DNA of 64,000 nucleotides. Source: an uncultured virus (IMG/VR IMGVR_UViG_3300029258_003973) (Duplodnaviria > Heunggongvirae > Uroviricota > Caudoviricetes). The notes below the pieces were generated by a model. It was not told the origin of the DNA, made no database searches, and worked only from the letters and a program-made list of their open reading frames with translations. The position numbers and the translations under genes are program-made. The stretch is from IMG/VR virus record IMGVR_UViG_3300029258_003973; one strand, given 5' to 3'. Shown piece by piece: positions 53,301 through 60,577 of the stretch; positions within the stretch are counted from its first letter, which is position 1, and the number at the start of each line of letters is the position of its first letter.

Positions 53301-53985
53301 AATATCTATATATAGCAAACTCGGGTCGACATGGTGGAACCACCTGGAAGATATAAAAGCAGCAGTCCCGCATCTCAGCGGCCAATTAGGCGTTTCAATA
53401 GATATAGACAATCAGATCATAGTGGCCGGATCTCCCTACTATGATATAGACAAGGGAGTTTGCTATATATTCGAACCAGATTTCTCATACCAGTCTTCCT
53501 CATGGACAGAAACATTCTCTATTTCCGGAGAAGCTGGCGACAATCTAGGGTGTGCCGTGGGCATATCTAAAGACATGATTGCCATAGGGAAGTCTGGCGC
53601 AAACGAGGTAGATGTATACAGAAATACTAATCCCGGGTGGGAGCTACTAGCTACTCTTTCTCCTTCTGATATAGAAGCAGGGGATGAGTTTGGAGCGTCT
53701 GTTGCTATATCGGGTTGGAATTTGATAGTGGGTGCCCCTGGAGAAGATGGAGGAACTGGTAACCCGGTAACGGCGGCCGGCGCCGCCTACCTATACAGAT
53801 TCGATGGGGAGACATGGTCCATGGTAAGGAAGTATTCCATAGGTAGGAAAGAAAACAACAGGCTAGGTACGTCTGTATCTATATCAGGAAACATGATTGC
53901 AGTTGGTGCACCAAACCTTAACGACTCGTCGGAGTACGGGGAGGTTTATGCCTTTACCTTCGAAAGAGAGAGGATAAACTGGTAA
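50320..53985 (+). CDS. Tail fibre/receptor-binding protein 3 with FG-GAP beta-propeller repeats (1221 aa)
   Basis: FGFSVDM..IAVGAP..GAVYIF, FGASVAISG..LIVGAP..GAAYLY, LGTSVSISG..IAVGAP. Confidence 0.8.
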   Translation: MSTIVPKLDFSTATPRAGSGQSHTSETPTQANTITAAMLNEYERIMYLADTVIGDYLFSTTIPDADNNLGDAIRTAYTTMDGDYVGYHYTLIPHTLTIDGESETFPLIIRSSVTEVAGSNYSQATLLLGDAAAPGLTSSLFTSIYNELSSTSRITTWFVTAGALSIVSSFTGSGANAEYVLDSSTVVIDSWHVGTNPDHAHGILQFNSDPDAPSLVISKDIYGGVEVAVTGSIQNDYSSPTGLFRAHGWTGTEDWDADITIYRVTDTDETTAILYSFIDGTAAVSTPQAPISPPLTIRKDGYIGVRNVAAPDGDRLYFADTLEATGSISAQYISKKEGIVIETNDYASGQIVVSDTDRSQSTSCSLYTPTTASNCLLGYSVACNGDYLAAGAYYTNSQYGAVYVYEYNGSNWGAGQVLVPDPAIDEACHFGFSVDMDPIRIAVGAPLTSNGGTNRGAVYIFKYAGGFWIQEDIVYPDVPEDNAYFGMYVSISNTTLVVHSYGSGPANGFYIFDLDKSTSTWSQTDRITTTGDNFGKDVKIHGDTIITYDSKVNSYTGEVYIYERSSGIWSLTHTIEGAAPGDNLGKYGIDTNGSYVAAIAIESGGYGRVDIYRKTSSGWVFDDSYTDDSGGYGDCSLRSPRFYYTRLIVGKIESSTNASVLIFDRENNEWGSAGDIKNYCCSADPGGFGGYLAIHGNTIVAGEPSDSARYNATETDELGTEYTLAGKVVVFETTKPAPFTAVYKDNWWGGWRKYSPSYNTMPSVYLGEGKVANNGCLVNVEWQDMRKMYLANNGNIVNRRGVHLPSRTISIARSISPGLIEIHVEELRQSIQMDSAWSQEAITGSDEGGCFGYSVSADSRTLLIGVPYKQDEGEAKGAGSIRYRVQDIWKTDYSDFDHSDIVVSGSLCGKCVDICGDIGAIGVPNGTHPDMSGEIPGGVLVIWDDLMYRDYNTVRVLYPPSSGQNSFGTSVATDGEWIVVGSPLEDTTEDDSGQISIYSKLGSTWWNHLEDIKAAVPHLSGQLGVSIDIDNQIIVAGSPYYDIDKGVCYIFEPDFSYQSSSWTETFSISGEAGDNLGCAVGISKDMIAIGKSGANEVDVYRNTNPGWELLATLSPSDIEAGDEFGASVAISGWNLIVGAPGEDGGTGNPVTAAGAAYLYRFDGETWSMVRKYSIGRKENNRLGTSVSISGNMIAVGAPNLNDSSEYGEVYAFTFERERINW

Positions 53986-54353
53986 TGGGGGCGTTACCAT
54001 ATAAATATCAGAACATATGCCATGACGACGGAATGCTTTCTATTCTATCTAACGGGGACTTTATATCTATATCTATGAGTGAAAACGGAGATATAGAGGT
54101 TGCATCGGAGAAAGGATACTCTGATGTAAACAAAATATCAGAGGTACTGAATAGAATATCCAACTCAGACAGAGGCGTATACTATACAGACGGTTTGTAT
54201 AGAATAGATATGGGTGATAAGATACTTGTGTACAAACTATTTGACGATGACAGCAAGTATGTTCTGGCTGGGTATATAGTGGGAAAAGATAACACAACCA
54301 GAATAAAGCTTATGGATGCTGTACAGAGGAGGATACTACGAGCCCTGAAATGA
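53985..54353 (+). CDS. Hypothetical protein (122 aa)
   Basis: TAATG coupling upstream and ATGA coupling downstream. Confidence 0.6.
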   Translation: MGALPYKYQNICHDDGMLSILSNGDFISISMSENGDIEVASEKGYSDVNKISEVLNRISNSDRGVYYTDGLYRIDMGDKILVYKLFDDDSKYVLAGYIVGKDNTTRIKLMDAVQRRILRALK

Positions 54354-54856
54354 TAAGTACGGATGCGATGGATCGTATCATAGAGATCACAGAGAGAAAT
54401 CTCCAGATGCAAGGAGAGTTTCTTCGTGCACTCATGGAACTCAGGAATCGGTTTGATAATACTGACAGAGACCATAAAGACCTTAACGAGGTAGCTAAGA
54501 AAGCTCTCGAGAATAGTTTTGATATACTTAATAAGATGAAGTTCGCTTCCAATGAGAAAATCATATCTATGATAGATAGAGACCGAGAAAGTATGCTAAC
54601 CCACAGGGAAGAATTTACTGTGGCGTGTGAAAAGATCAAGACCATAGCTGATCGTCTAGATAACTCAGATAGATGGTCAAAGAGATTTATAAGCATTGCA
54701 ACAGCTGTAATAATATCTATCCAGTCTGTAGGTATTTACTTGACAAGTAGCAAGGAAAAGGATATAGATGACCTTAAACAAGCTGTTGTAAACATTGTAG
54801 AAGTAATAACTGAAAAGAATACAATGGACAGCAAATCACAAAACAGGGGGAACTAA
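54350..54856 (+). CDS. Coiled-coil protein with one transmembrane helix (possible holin/XhlA-like, 168 aa)
   Basis: Heptad-like N-terminus, then FISIATAVIISIQSVGIYL; located after the fibre genes. Confidence 0.5.
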   Translation: MISTDAMDRIIEITERNLQMQGEFLRALMELRNRFDNTDRDHKDLNEVAKKALENSFDILNKMKFASNEKIISMIDRDRESMLTHREEFTVACEKIKTIADRLDNSDRWSKRFISIATAVIISIQSVGIYLTSSKEKDIDDLKQAVVNIVEVITEKNTMDSKSQNRGN

Positions 54857-54857
54857 A

Positions 54858-55295
54858 ATGAAGCTCACTATGTTTGACATCAAGGCATGCGAGAGAGGTA
54901 TACTAAGACTCATGAATGCAACACTTCCGGTAGAATCATCATTTAAGCTACTGGGAATTCTGGGTACTATAAGACAGTCCCTTTCTAAACTTGAAGAGTC
55001 CAGAATCAATCTGGTAAAGAAGTATGGAGTAAAAGACGAGGAGACGGGAGCATTCAATGTACCACAGGGAACTGATGGATGGAAAGAGTTCGAGAAAGAC
55101 CTATCTGTCATAATGTCAGAAGAAATAGAATTCAAGGGGTTCGAACCTATCAATGTTGGTGCTCTGGGAAATACTCAGATTTCTGCAGTTGAGTTAGAAC
55201 CACTCATGGGGAAGTTCCTTACCGCAGAGCCTATGATCAAGGAAGAAGAAGCACCAAAGAGACCAGAGAAGACAGATGTTTCTCCTGAGGAATAG
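54858..55295 (+). CDS. DUF1617-like phage protein (145 aa)
   Basis: MKLT..L..L....LPVESSFKL...RINLVKKYGVKDEETG pattern; GGGGG SD. Confidence 0.6.
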   Translation: MKLTMFDIKACERGILRLMNATLPVESSFKLLGILGTIRQSLSKLEESRINLVKKYGVKDEETGAFNVPQGTDGWKEFEKDLSVIMSEEIEFKGFEPINVGALGNTQISAVELEPLMGKFLTAEPMIKEEEAPKRPEKTDVSPEE

Positions 55296-55490
55296 CTAAC
55301 CACATTCACGTATAGAACGGGAAATAATAGGCGTCAAGTTTGACGAGTTAGTAAAAGAGTTCCTGGTCTTCAACCCACGTCCTCTAGCTTTCCCAAGACC
55401 TATTATTTCCTTCCCTATGAAGACCTTAATGACCATATTCTCTTCAGTAGAGATGGAATATGTGAATTTTACCTCTTTCATATGACACAT
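55296..55490 (-). CDS. Small hypothetical protein (~64 aa; ATG 55490 or 55481)
   Basis: Lies just downstream of a sigma70-like promoter; its stop abuts the stop of the convergent gene. The ORF-track start 55538 falls in the -35 box. Confidence 0.45.
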   Translation of the reverse strand: MCHMKEVKFTYSISTEENMVIKVFIGKEIIGLGKARGRGLKTRNSFTNSSNLTPIISRSIRECG

Positions 55491-55509
55491 AATAGCGTAC
55501 CTGTGTGGT

Positions 55510-55538
55510 AAAATACAACACAAATGCGTAAATGTCAA
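55510..55538 (-). promoter_or_regulatory. Sigma70-type promoter TTGACA-N17-TATTTT
   Basis: Minus strand reads TAC TTGACA tttacgcatttgtgttg TATTTT in an intergenic gap. Confidence 0.55.
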
Positions 55539-55559
55539 GTATTTATAGAGGCATATAGC

Positions 55560-56105
55560 CTATTTTGACGGTAAAATCCTCAGAATGTGGGTAATTTCCT
55601 TGGTAGTCCAGTGCGAAAGGTGCGCTAGGTTATATACCATGTTCTCGCCAAACTTGTCGACATAGCCCGACATAGCATTTCCTTTAGGGTCATTAACTAT
55701 GATATAATTATCTACGTATCCCTTTATAAGTACTGTGTTTGGTACTGCTCCGGTAAGCATAGGGAACCTACCTGTTATAATAACAGGTATATCTCTCTTC
55801 ACATATGATAATCTTATCTTACCCATATCAGTTTCAATAATATCAGCTGATATGTATCTGAACTTTGTATCTAAAAGATACAGGGCGCATGCCATTGTTT
55901 CTCCACCACTCAACTTATTGGAGTTCTTGTATTCCTGGCTCCAATCCCTAAAAGATGAAGATAGGAAGGCATATCCGAACATATTAGAAACTGATTCTAG
56001 ATCTACTGGCTGGTTGTAATATTGAAGCAACATAGTAAGGCAGGCGCTCATGCTGCAGGTTGATTCTTCACTTACCGGAACGTACGACACTCCTTCTATT
56101 ATCAA
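55560..56105 (-). CDS. Peptidase C39-like fold protein, catalytic His apparently replaced (~181 aa)
   Basis: VSYVP..STCSMSACLTMLLQYY..DIPVII...NTVLIKGY..YIIVNDP.G; probable TTG start at 56105 after GAGG. Confidence 0.7.
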   Translation of the reverse strand: MIIEGVSYVPVSEESTCSMSACLTMLLQYYNQPVDLESVSNMFGYAFLSSSFRDWSQEYKNSNKLSGGETMACALYLLDTKFRYISADIIETDMGKIRLSYVKRDIPVIITGRFPMLTGAVPNTVLIKGYVDNYIIVNDPKGNAMSGYVDKFGENMVYNLAHLSHWTTKEITHILRILPSK

Positions 56106-56163
56106 GTTCTCATCCTCTCGTGTTAGTAGTATAATATTAACACGGAGAATATATAATAACAAC

Positions 56164-56919
56164 CTACTTTGTCGTGAGAAGCCGATGGCATAGTCCCCTG
56201 TAGAAACAACCAGCACACCACCATCCTACTCGCAAAGGATACCAATCATTATCCATCATAGTCAAATACTCCTCTATGCTGGCTTTCATAAGAGCAGCAT
56301 ACCTGTTTTGGTCATATTGCCATTGCTTGCCGGCACATATGGTAAGTACCCTGATGGGAGTATTTGTACCAACTGTTTGTAAGTAGTCACATACCAATTG
56401 GCATCTGAACAATACAGGGTTGTACACGTTATCATACTTTGTGTTACTATAGTCCACTATTGTAGGATTTATCCTACCCTTCCTATCGGTAATCATAAGA
56501 TCTATTTGGGAGTTTATGGGGGTTCCCTCATAAACAGATGTGAACTTCTTGGCTAAACCACTTACAGTGAACTCATCTCTATGTATCATGTTCACAAAGT
56601 TAGTGAACATTGAGGTTACTGCTTTTACGTCTATATATTTCTTCCAATATTCTATGTCAGTAAAGGCCTTAGCCACTACCTCCGCTACTTTATCTTCATC
56701 AATAGTGATTTCTTCTGACATCATACCAAGGGCTATTTCAGCTAGCATAGGGCGAAACCTGTCCCTGGCTATTTGCCTCGGAGATTTCTTCTCTGAGTAC
56801 ATATTTATGAATGACTTGGCTGGACATACTATATAGTCCATTAGTGAAGAATCAGAAAAAGTCCCCGCCGATCCCCTCGTTGCCGCCTGATCCAGTTTCT
56901 TCATTGTTTGCAATGGCAT
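56164..56919 (-). CDS. PD-(D/E)xK (Cas4/AddB-like) nuclease-fold protein with four-Cys Fe-S staple (251 aa)
   Basis: FSDSSLMDYIVCP, SQIDLM, IVDYS, C-terminal WCAGCFYRGLC. Confidence 0.8.
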   Translation of the reverse strand: MPLQTMKKLDQAATRGSAGTFSDSSLMDYIVCPAKSFINMYSEKKSPRQIARDRFRPMLAEIALGMMSEEITIDEDKVAEVVAKAFTDIEYWKKYIDVKAVTSMFTNFVNMIHRDEFTVSGLAKKFTSVYEGTPINSQIDLMITDRKGRINPTIVDYSNTKYDNVYNPVLFRCQLVCDYLQTVGTNTPIRVLTICAGKQWQYDQNRYAALMKASIEEYLTMMDNDWYPLRVGWWCAGCFYRGLCHRLLTTK

Positions 56920-59341
56920 TCCTTACCACCTTTTCATACGTTGTTATTAAACCTTGGGTTGGTTCCTCAAACGAACCTACCAAGGGATTAAAGTGCATAA
57001 ACGCTTTCTCTGCTGCCTTATTGTCTTTATCCTTGGCAGTTTCTATTTCAACAACTGGGAAGTTCTCTCCGCCGGTGAAACCTTGCTTCCTCCAGGAAAG
57101 TTCTGACTCGGGGTTGTAGTGCATATCCATATATACTAGAAGTATAGTCTTTGCTGCGAACTCCAGGAATGATGACCCCTTCAGATCCCTGAGAACGGGA
57201 CGTCTTGGTTTAACGTGACTTTGTTTAGTCAAATGACTTACGGCAATCATGGCCGTATGGTATGTTGGTGCCATAGATTTGAAATCTCTTATGATGTTCT
57301 CTGTAGCTACTCTCTGGTCTACAGATGCCATCTCTTGCAGGTCCTGTATAGCATCCACTATAGTGAGAATTGGACCACTGTGAGTTCTGGCCATATCCTC
57401 TAACTCACTTCTTATTGTTGGTACATTATAACAGTCTTCCATACCGCGTATCACAATCCTATCTGTAAACATTTCATGAAGGTCTTCCAGTTTACTGCTA
57501 ACCTGGGCCTGTTTCATAAGAGTTCCATCACTGAACATGTTCCTGACTGTTTTCTTAGGTATTCCCGTTGATATGGCTACCATACATGCTATTGCCTTTT
57601 CAAGGATATCATCGGTACTTACATACAATACCTTAAGATCATCATACATGGACAACATACGGGTAGATAGGTACTGCAGCACAGAGCTTTTGCCATTGCT
57701 TGGAAACCCCGACATAAACGTCAGTGATCCTACCTCTATGTCGGCATGTTTATCAAGTTGTCTTATACCTGTCTTCAGTACCCTCGGGAATTCTTTCTGT
57801 CCTGTTGCTAAAGCCATGAAGTCACTCCATGTTGTTCTCTTCTGTGCCGGCCTAGATGATGCTGATAGCATTTTCAGGTCACCCAGAGACCTTTCCACTA
57901 CATTTATCTTTTCCTGTATAGGCTTATCAAGGACGTCCCTGATCTTACTCATGATCTTGTTCTCTTCCCTGATAAGTTTGGAGTCCACGTTCTTCTCCAT
58001 GTTCATGCTACTCAGTATGTCCTCAGTGTAATATGCAAAATACTCTCCTATTATCTCTGCATATTTCCTGTATTTTACTGGGAATGCACATGAGGTGGCA
58101 ACAAATCTCAACATATCCTTGAACCTCACCTCAGCCGGCTTGGTTCTATCGTGAAAGTCATAATGGTGCCTTATGACATACTCTATCGCATCCATGGTTA
58201 CGTTCAATATGTCAAGATTGCCAGACATATACACTGAGTCTGGATCATCTCCTTCTGGTAAAGCCACGGCTTGTACTACAACGTCATATTGCCGTAGTAC
58301 ATCTAGCGAACGCTTTACTGCAGCCACTCCGGCCTTATCGTTATCAACTATTTCTGTTACCGTGTATATACCGTACGGCACTAACAGTAGATCCATAGCT
58401 TCCGGGGATATATACGACCCAAGTATGCCAACAGTATTTGTGAATCCGGCTAAGTGCATAGATATTGTATCGAACTGTCCTTCTACTATTCGCACAGAAT
58501 GTGAATCCTTTATGGCTCCCTTTGCTACATCAAACATAAATAGAGTATTCTTCTTAAGGAAATCAAACCCCTTTGTATGTCTGTATTTTGGATACCTCTG
58601 TTCTTGTGGGAGGTCTTTAGAGCATTTACTATCTTTGGCCCTGGCACTAAATGATATTGGGCGCCCAAGTCGATCTCTGGTGGAAAGTACAAGGCAATCT
58701 TCGTTGAATACATAGGGAGCAAGAAGGCAGGTCCTCTCGTCATAGAATGGTAAAGATTCTATACGGTTATTGAACCTCTCTCTCATATGTTTTGTAAGTT
58801 CCTCGGCCCTTACAACTCCCATAGGCACCATATCACATGCCCGCTTAGCATCACTTTCTGTGTACGTTCTGCCAAACTCCCCACTGGTTAAATGTACATC
58901 AGCGTTACCATGCATGACTAGATAATGTTCTATTTCTCTATACATGTCTAGCATAGAGTGTATTCCGATGTCTTCCTGTGGCTTTAGTGCAGATTCTGGG
59001 AGCAAGTCCTTGTTCACTTCTACGTTTAACCTTGCAGCCAGGTCCAGAACGGTTCTCTTGAATCCATCACCATGGATAGGGAGCCCCTCTGAGAAGTGGG
59101 CTAGATCTATAACAGATCCACCTACTTTACATACTTGACAATACCATACCTTCGTACCATTACGAGTACTTATATGTGCTGAAGGAGTTTCATCCTTGTT
59201 TGAATGCTCGTTTGGCATCATGCACTTGAACATCCCACTGGCTGTTATTTCCCTGCCGCTCAGCTTTATGTACTCTTCCAGTTTGTTCTTTACTTCTCTT
59301 ACTATGGAGTCGAAGTATTCTCCTTTGTTTATCTCTGGCAT
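56852..59341 (-). CDS. DnaG-type primase / DnaB-type helicase fusion (829 aa)
   Basis: CHC2 zinc finger (C..H..DETPS..WYCQVC), KYRHT, TOPRIM IVEGQFD, DNDKAG, DDPDS; Walker A GFPSNGKSS, Walker B IVDAIQ, LRDLKGSSFLE. Confidence 0.93.
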   Translation of the reverse strand: MPEINKGEYFDSIVREVKNKLEEYIKLSGREITASGMFKCMMPNEHSNKDETPSAHISTRNGTKVWYCQVCKVGGSVIDLAHFSEGLPIHGDGFKRTVLDLAARLNVEVNKDLLPESALKPQEDIGIHSMLDMYREIEHYLVMHGNADVHLTSGEFGRTYTESDAKRACDMVPMGVVRAEELTKHMRERFNNRIESLPFYDERTCLLAPYVFNEDCLVLSTRDRLGRPISFSARAKDSKCSKDLPQEQRYPKYRHTKGFDFLKKNTLFMFDVAKGAIKDSHSVRIVEGQFDTISMHLAGFTNTVGILGSYISPEAMDLLLVPYGIYTVTEIVDNDKAGVAAVKRSLDVLRQYDVVVQAVALPEGDDPDSVYMSGNLDILNVTMDAIEYVIRHHYDFHDRTKPAEVRFKDMLRFVATSCAFPVKYRKYAEIIGEYFAYYTEDILSSMNMEKNVDSKLIREENKIMSKIRDVLDKPIQEKINVVERSLGDLKMLSASSRPAQKRTTWSDFMALATGQKEFPRVLKTGIRQLDKHADIEVGSLTFMSGFPSNGKSSVLQYLSTRMLSMYDDLKVLYVSTDDILEKAIACMVAISTGIPKKTVRNMFSDGTLMKQAQVSSKLEDLHEMFTDRIVIRGMEDCYNVPTIRSELEDMARTHSGPILTIVDAIQDLQEMASVDQRVATENIIRDFKSMAPTYHTAMIAVSHLTKQSHVKPRRPVLRDLKGSSFLEFAAKTILLVYMDMHYNPESELSWRKQGFTGGENFPVVEIETAKDKDNKAAEKAFMHFNPLVGSFEEPTQGLITTYEKVVRNAIANNEETGSGGNEGIGGDFF

Positions 59342-59371
59342 ATTCCCTCACTTCTATATATAATATTCCAG

Positions 59372-59444
59372 ACCATAAATCATATAAAAGACAAAAGTCA
59401 AGTACTAATTACTTGACATATAAAACCCGGTTGTATGGTAATGT
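59372..59444. promoter_or_regulatory. Divergent promoter region with back-to-back TTGAC boxes forming inverted repeat GTCAAGTA-N5-TACTTGAC
   Basis: Inverted repeat at 59397-59417. Minus strand TTGACT-N18-TATGGT. Plus strand TTGACA followed by TATGGT/TAATGT at non-ideal spacing. Confidence 0.5.
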
Positions 59445-59448
59445 CAAT

Positions 59449-60081
59449 ATGCAGAAACCAACAAGTATCAATAGGTCTGGAACCAAAGTGAGACTAAAGG
59501 TTTCAGGCCAGGCTATAGATCCATCCCTATTATCTGACAATTTCATCGAATCTGTCTCCTCTGTTTTCCAGAATGAAGTGGATCCCTTTGCCATTCTCTC
59601 CACATTTGCGTACATATTCTGTGGGCTTAAGATAAACGATATAAAAGAGATGGTAATACTGTCTGACAGGAGTGGTACTAGAACTGCTAGTAGAGAATAC
59701 ATAAGGCAAAAGATAGTAGCGACATTCAAGAAAATACAGCTGGACTATATAGACAACCAGGGGAGCACAGGGGTTTCTCCTATATCAAGGGAGAGAAATA
59801 TAGATCCTACAGAGGTTACAGTTATACGAGAAGATAGATATATGGGAATAATAGAGGAGGACGATATACTGGATGGCGAAGAAGATCAAGCGGAAACCAC
59901 AGAGAGCCAAACCGAAGACGAAGAAGAGTGGGTCAGCACGCAAGAGAACAAGGATAAGTTCAATCCTAGAAAGACCAGTATCAACGGACCTGAGGGCAGG
60001 GACGATCATGTCGATAGACCCGGGTACTCAGCGACTTGGCTGGTGCATCTCAAGGATAAACTTCACAAATGGTGGAACTGA
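59449..60081 (+). CDS. Putative DNA-binding regulator with sigma-70 region 4-like HTH and acidic tail (~210 aa)
   Basis: GLKINDIKEM..TASREYIRQKIVATFKKIQ resembles the sigma70 4.2 helix (VTRERIRQIEAKALRKL). The ORF-track TTG start 59413 is the -35 box; ATG 59449 preferred. Confidence 0.5.
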   Translation: MQKPTSINRSGTKVRLKVSGQAIDPSLLSDNFIESVSSVFQNEVDPFAILSTFAYIFCGLKINDIKEMVILSDRSGTRTASREYIRQKIVATFKKIQLDYIDNQGSTGVSPISRERNIDPTEVTVIREDRYMGIIEEDDILDGEEDQAETTESQTEDEEEWVSTQENKDKFNPRKTSINGPEGRDDHVDRPGYSATWLVHLKDKLHKWWN

Positions 60082-60577
60082 GGACTCGGAAAGAATAGCT
60101 TTCGGGACGGTCTACGGGAAGGGAGCAAGTTGTGAGAGTATTGCTGAAATTGCCAGTGAGGTAAGGGACATACAGGAGAAGTTTGGCGTAACGCATGTTT
60201 TCATAGAAGACTACCAGCTTATAAGCGGCAAAACTGATGGTCTATTTGCAGTCCCTTCTCTCATAAGTGTTATGAAATATGACTGGTATATTAGAAAAGA
60301 TAGTGTACCTACTATGGTGAAAGCAGCAACATGGAAGCATATAGTATGTGGAAATGGATCAGCAGGCAAAGATATGGTTGTTACGAGTCTTATAGATAAG
60401 AACCTTATTGACAAAACAGAGTATGATGATATAATGGCGACATTCAAAGCAAGGAATAGAAAAGCTGACAGAGATCCCCAGGATTGTTTTGATGCAATAG
60501 CCATAGATAGTTTTGTGAAGCTTTCCATTCAGGACTATATCAAACAAGAGAGGTTAAAGCCAGATGACGGGAACTGA
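59873..60577 (+). CDS. ruvC: RuvC-like Holliday junction resolvase with basic N-terminal extension (234 aa)
   Basis: IMSIDPGT, VFIEDY, WKHIVCGNGSAGKDMV, QDCFDAIAI; GAGGAGG SD upstream. Confidence 0.88.
   Translation: MAKKIKRKPQRAKPKTKKSGSARKRTRISSILERPVSTDLRAGTIMSIDPGTQRLGWCISRINFTNGGTEDSERIAFGTVYGKGASCESIAEIASEVRDIQEKFGVTHVFIEDYQLISGKTDGLFAVPSLISVMKYDWYIRKDSVPTMVKAATWKHIVCGNGSAGKDMVVTSLIDKNLIDKTEYDDIMATFKARNRKADRDPQDCFDAIAIDSFVKLSIQDYIKQERLKPDDGN

Noticed and set aside
41948..53985. Diversity-generating retroelement target or invertible fibre cassette
   Set aside because: No reverse transcriptase, invertase or near-identical nucleotide repeat pair was seen; paralogy is visible mainly at protein level.
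152..55153. Numerous 60-205 aa minus-strand ORFs in the ORF track
   Set aside because: They are antisense shadows of long + strand genes, Ser/Ile/Leu-rich, with no recognisable motifs.
56164..56919. CRISPR-associated cas4 locus
   Set aside because: No repeat-spacer array or other cas genes in the window; solo Cas4-like genes are common in phage replication modules.
55735..59729. Plus-strand ORFs opposite the replication genes and the minus ORF 59409-59729
   Set aside because: Antisense to well-supported genes with no motifs of their own.
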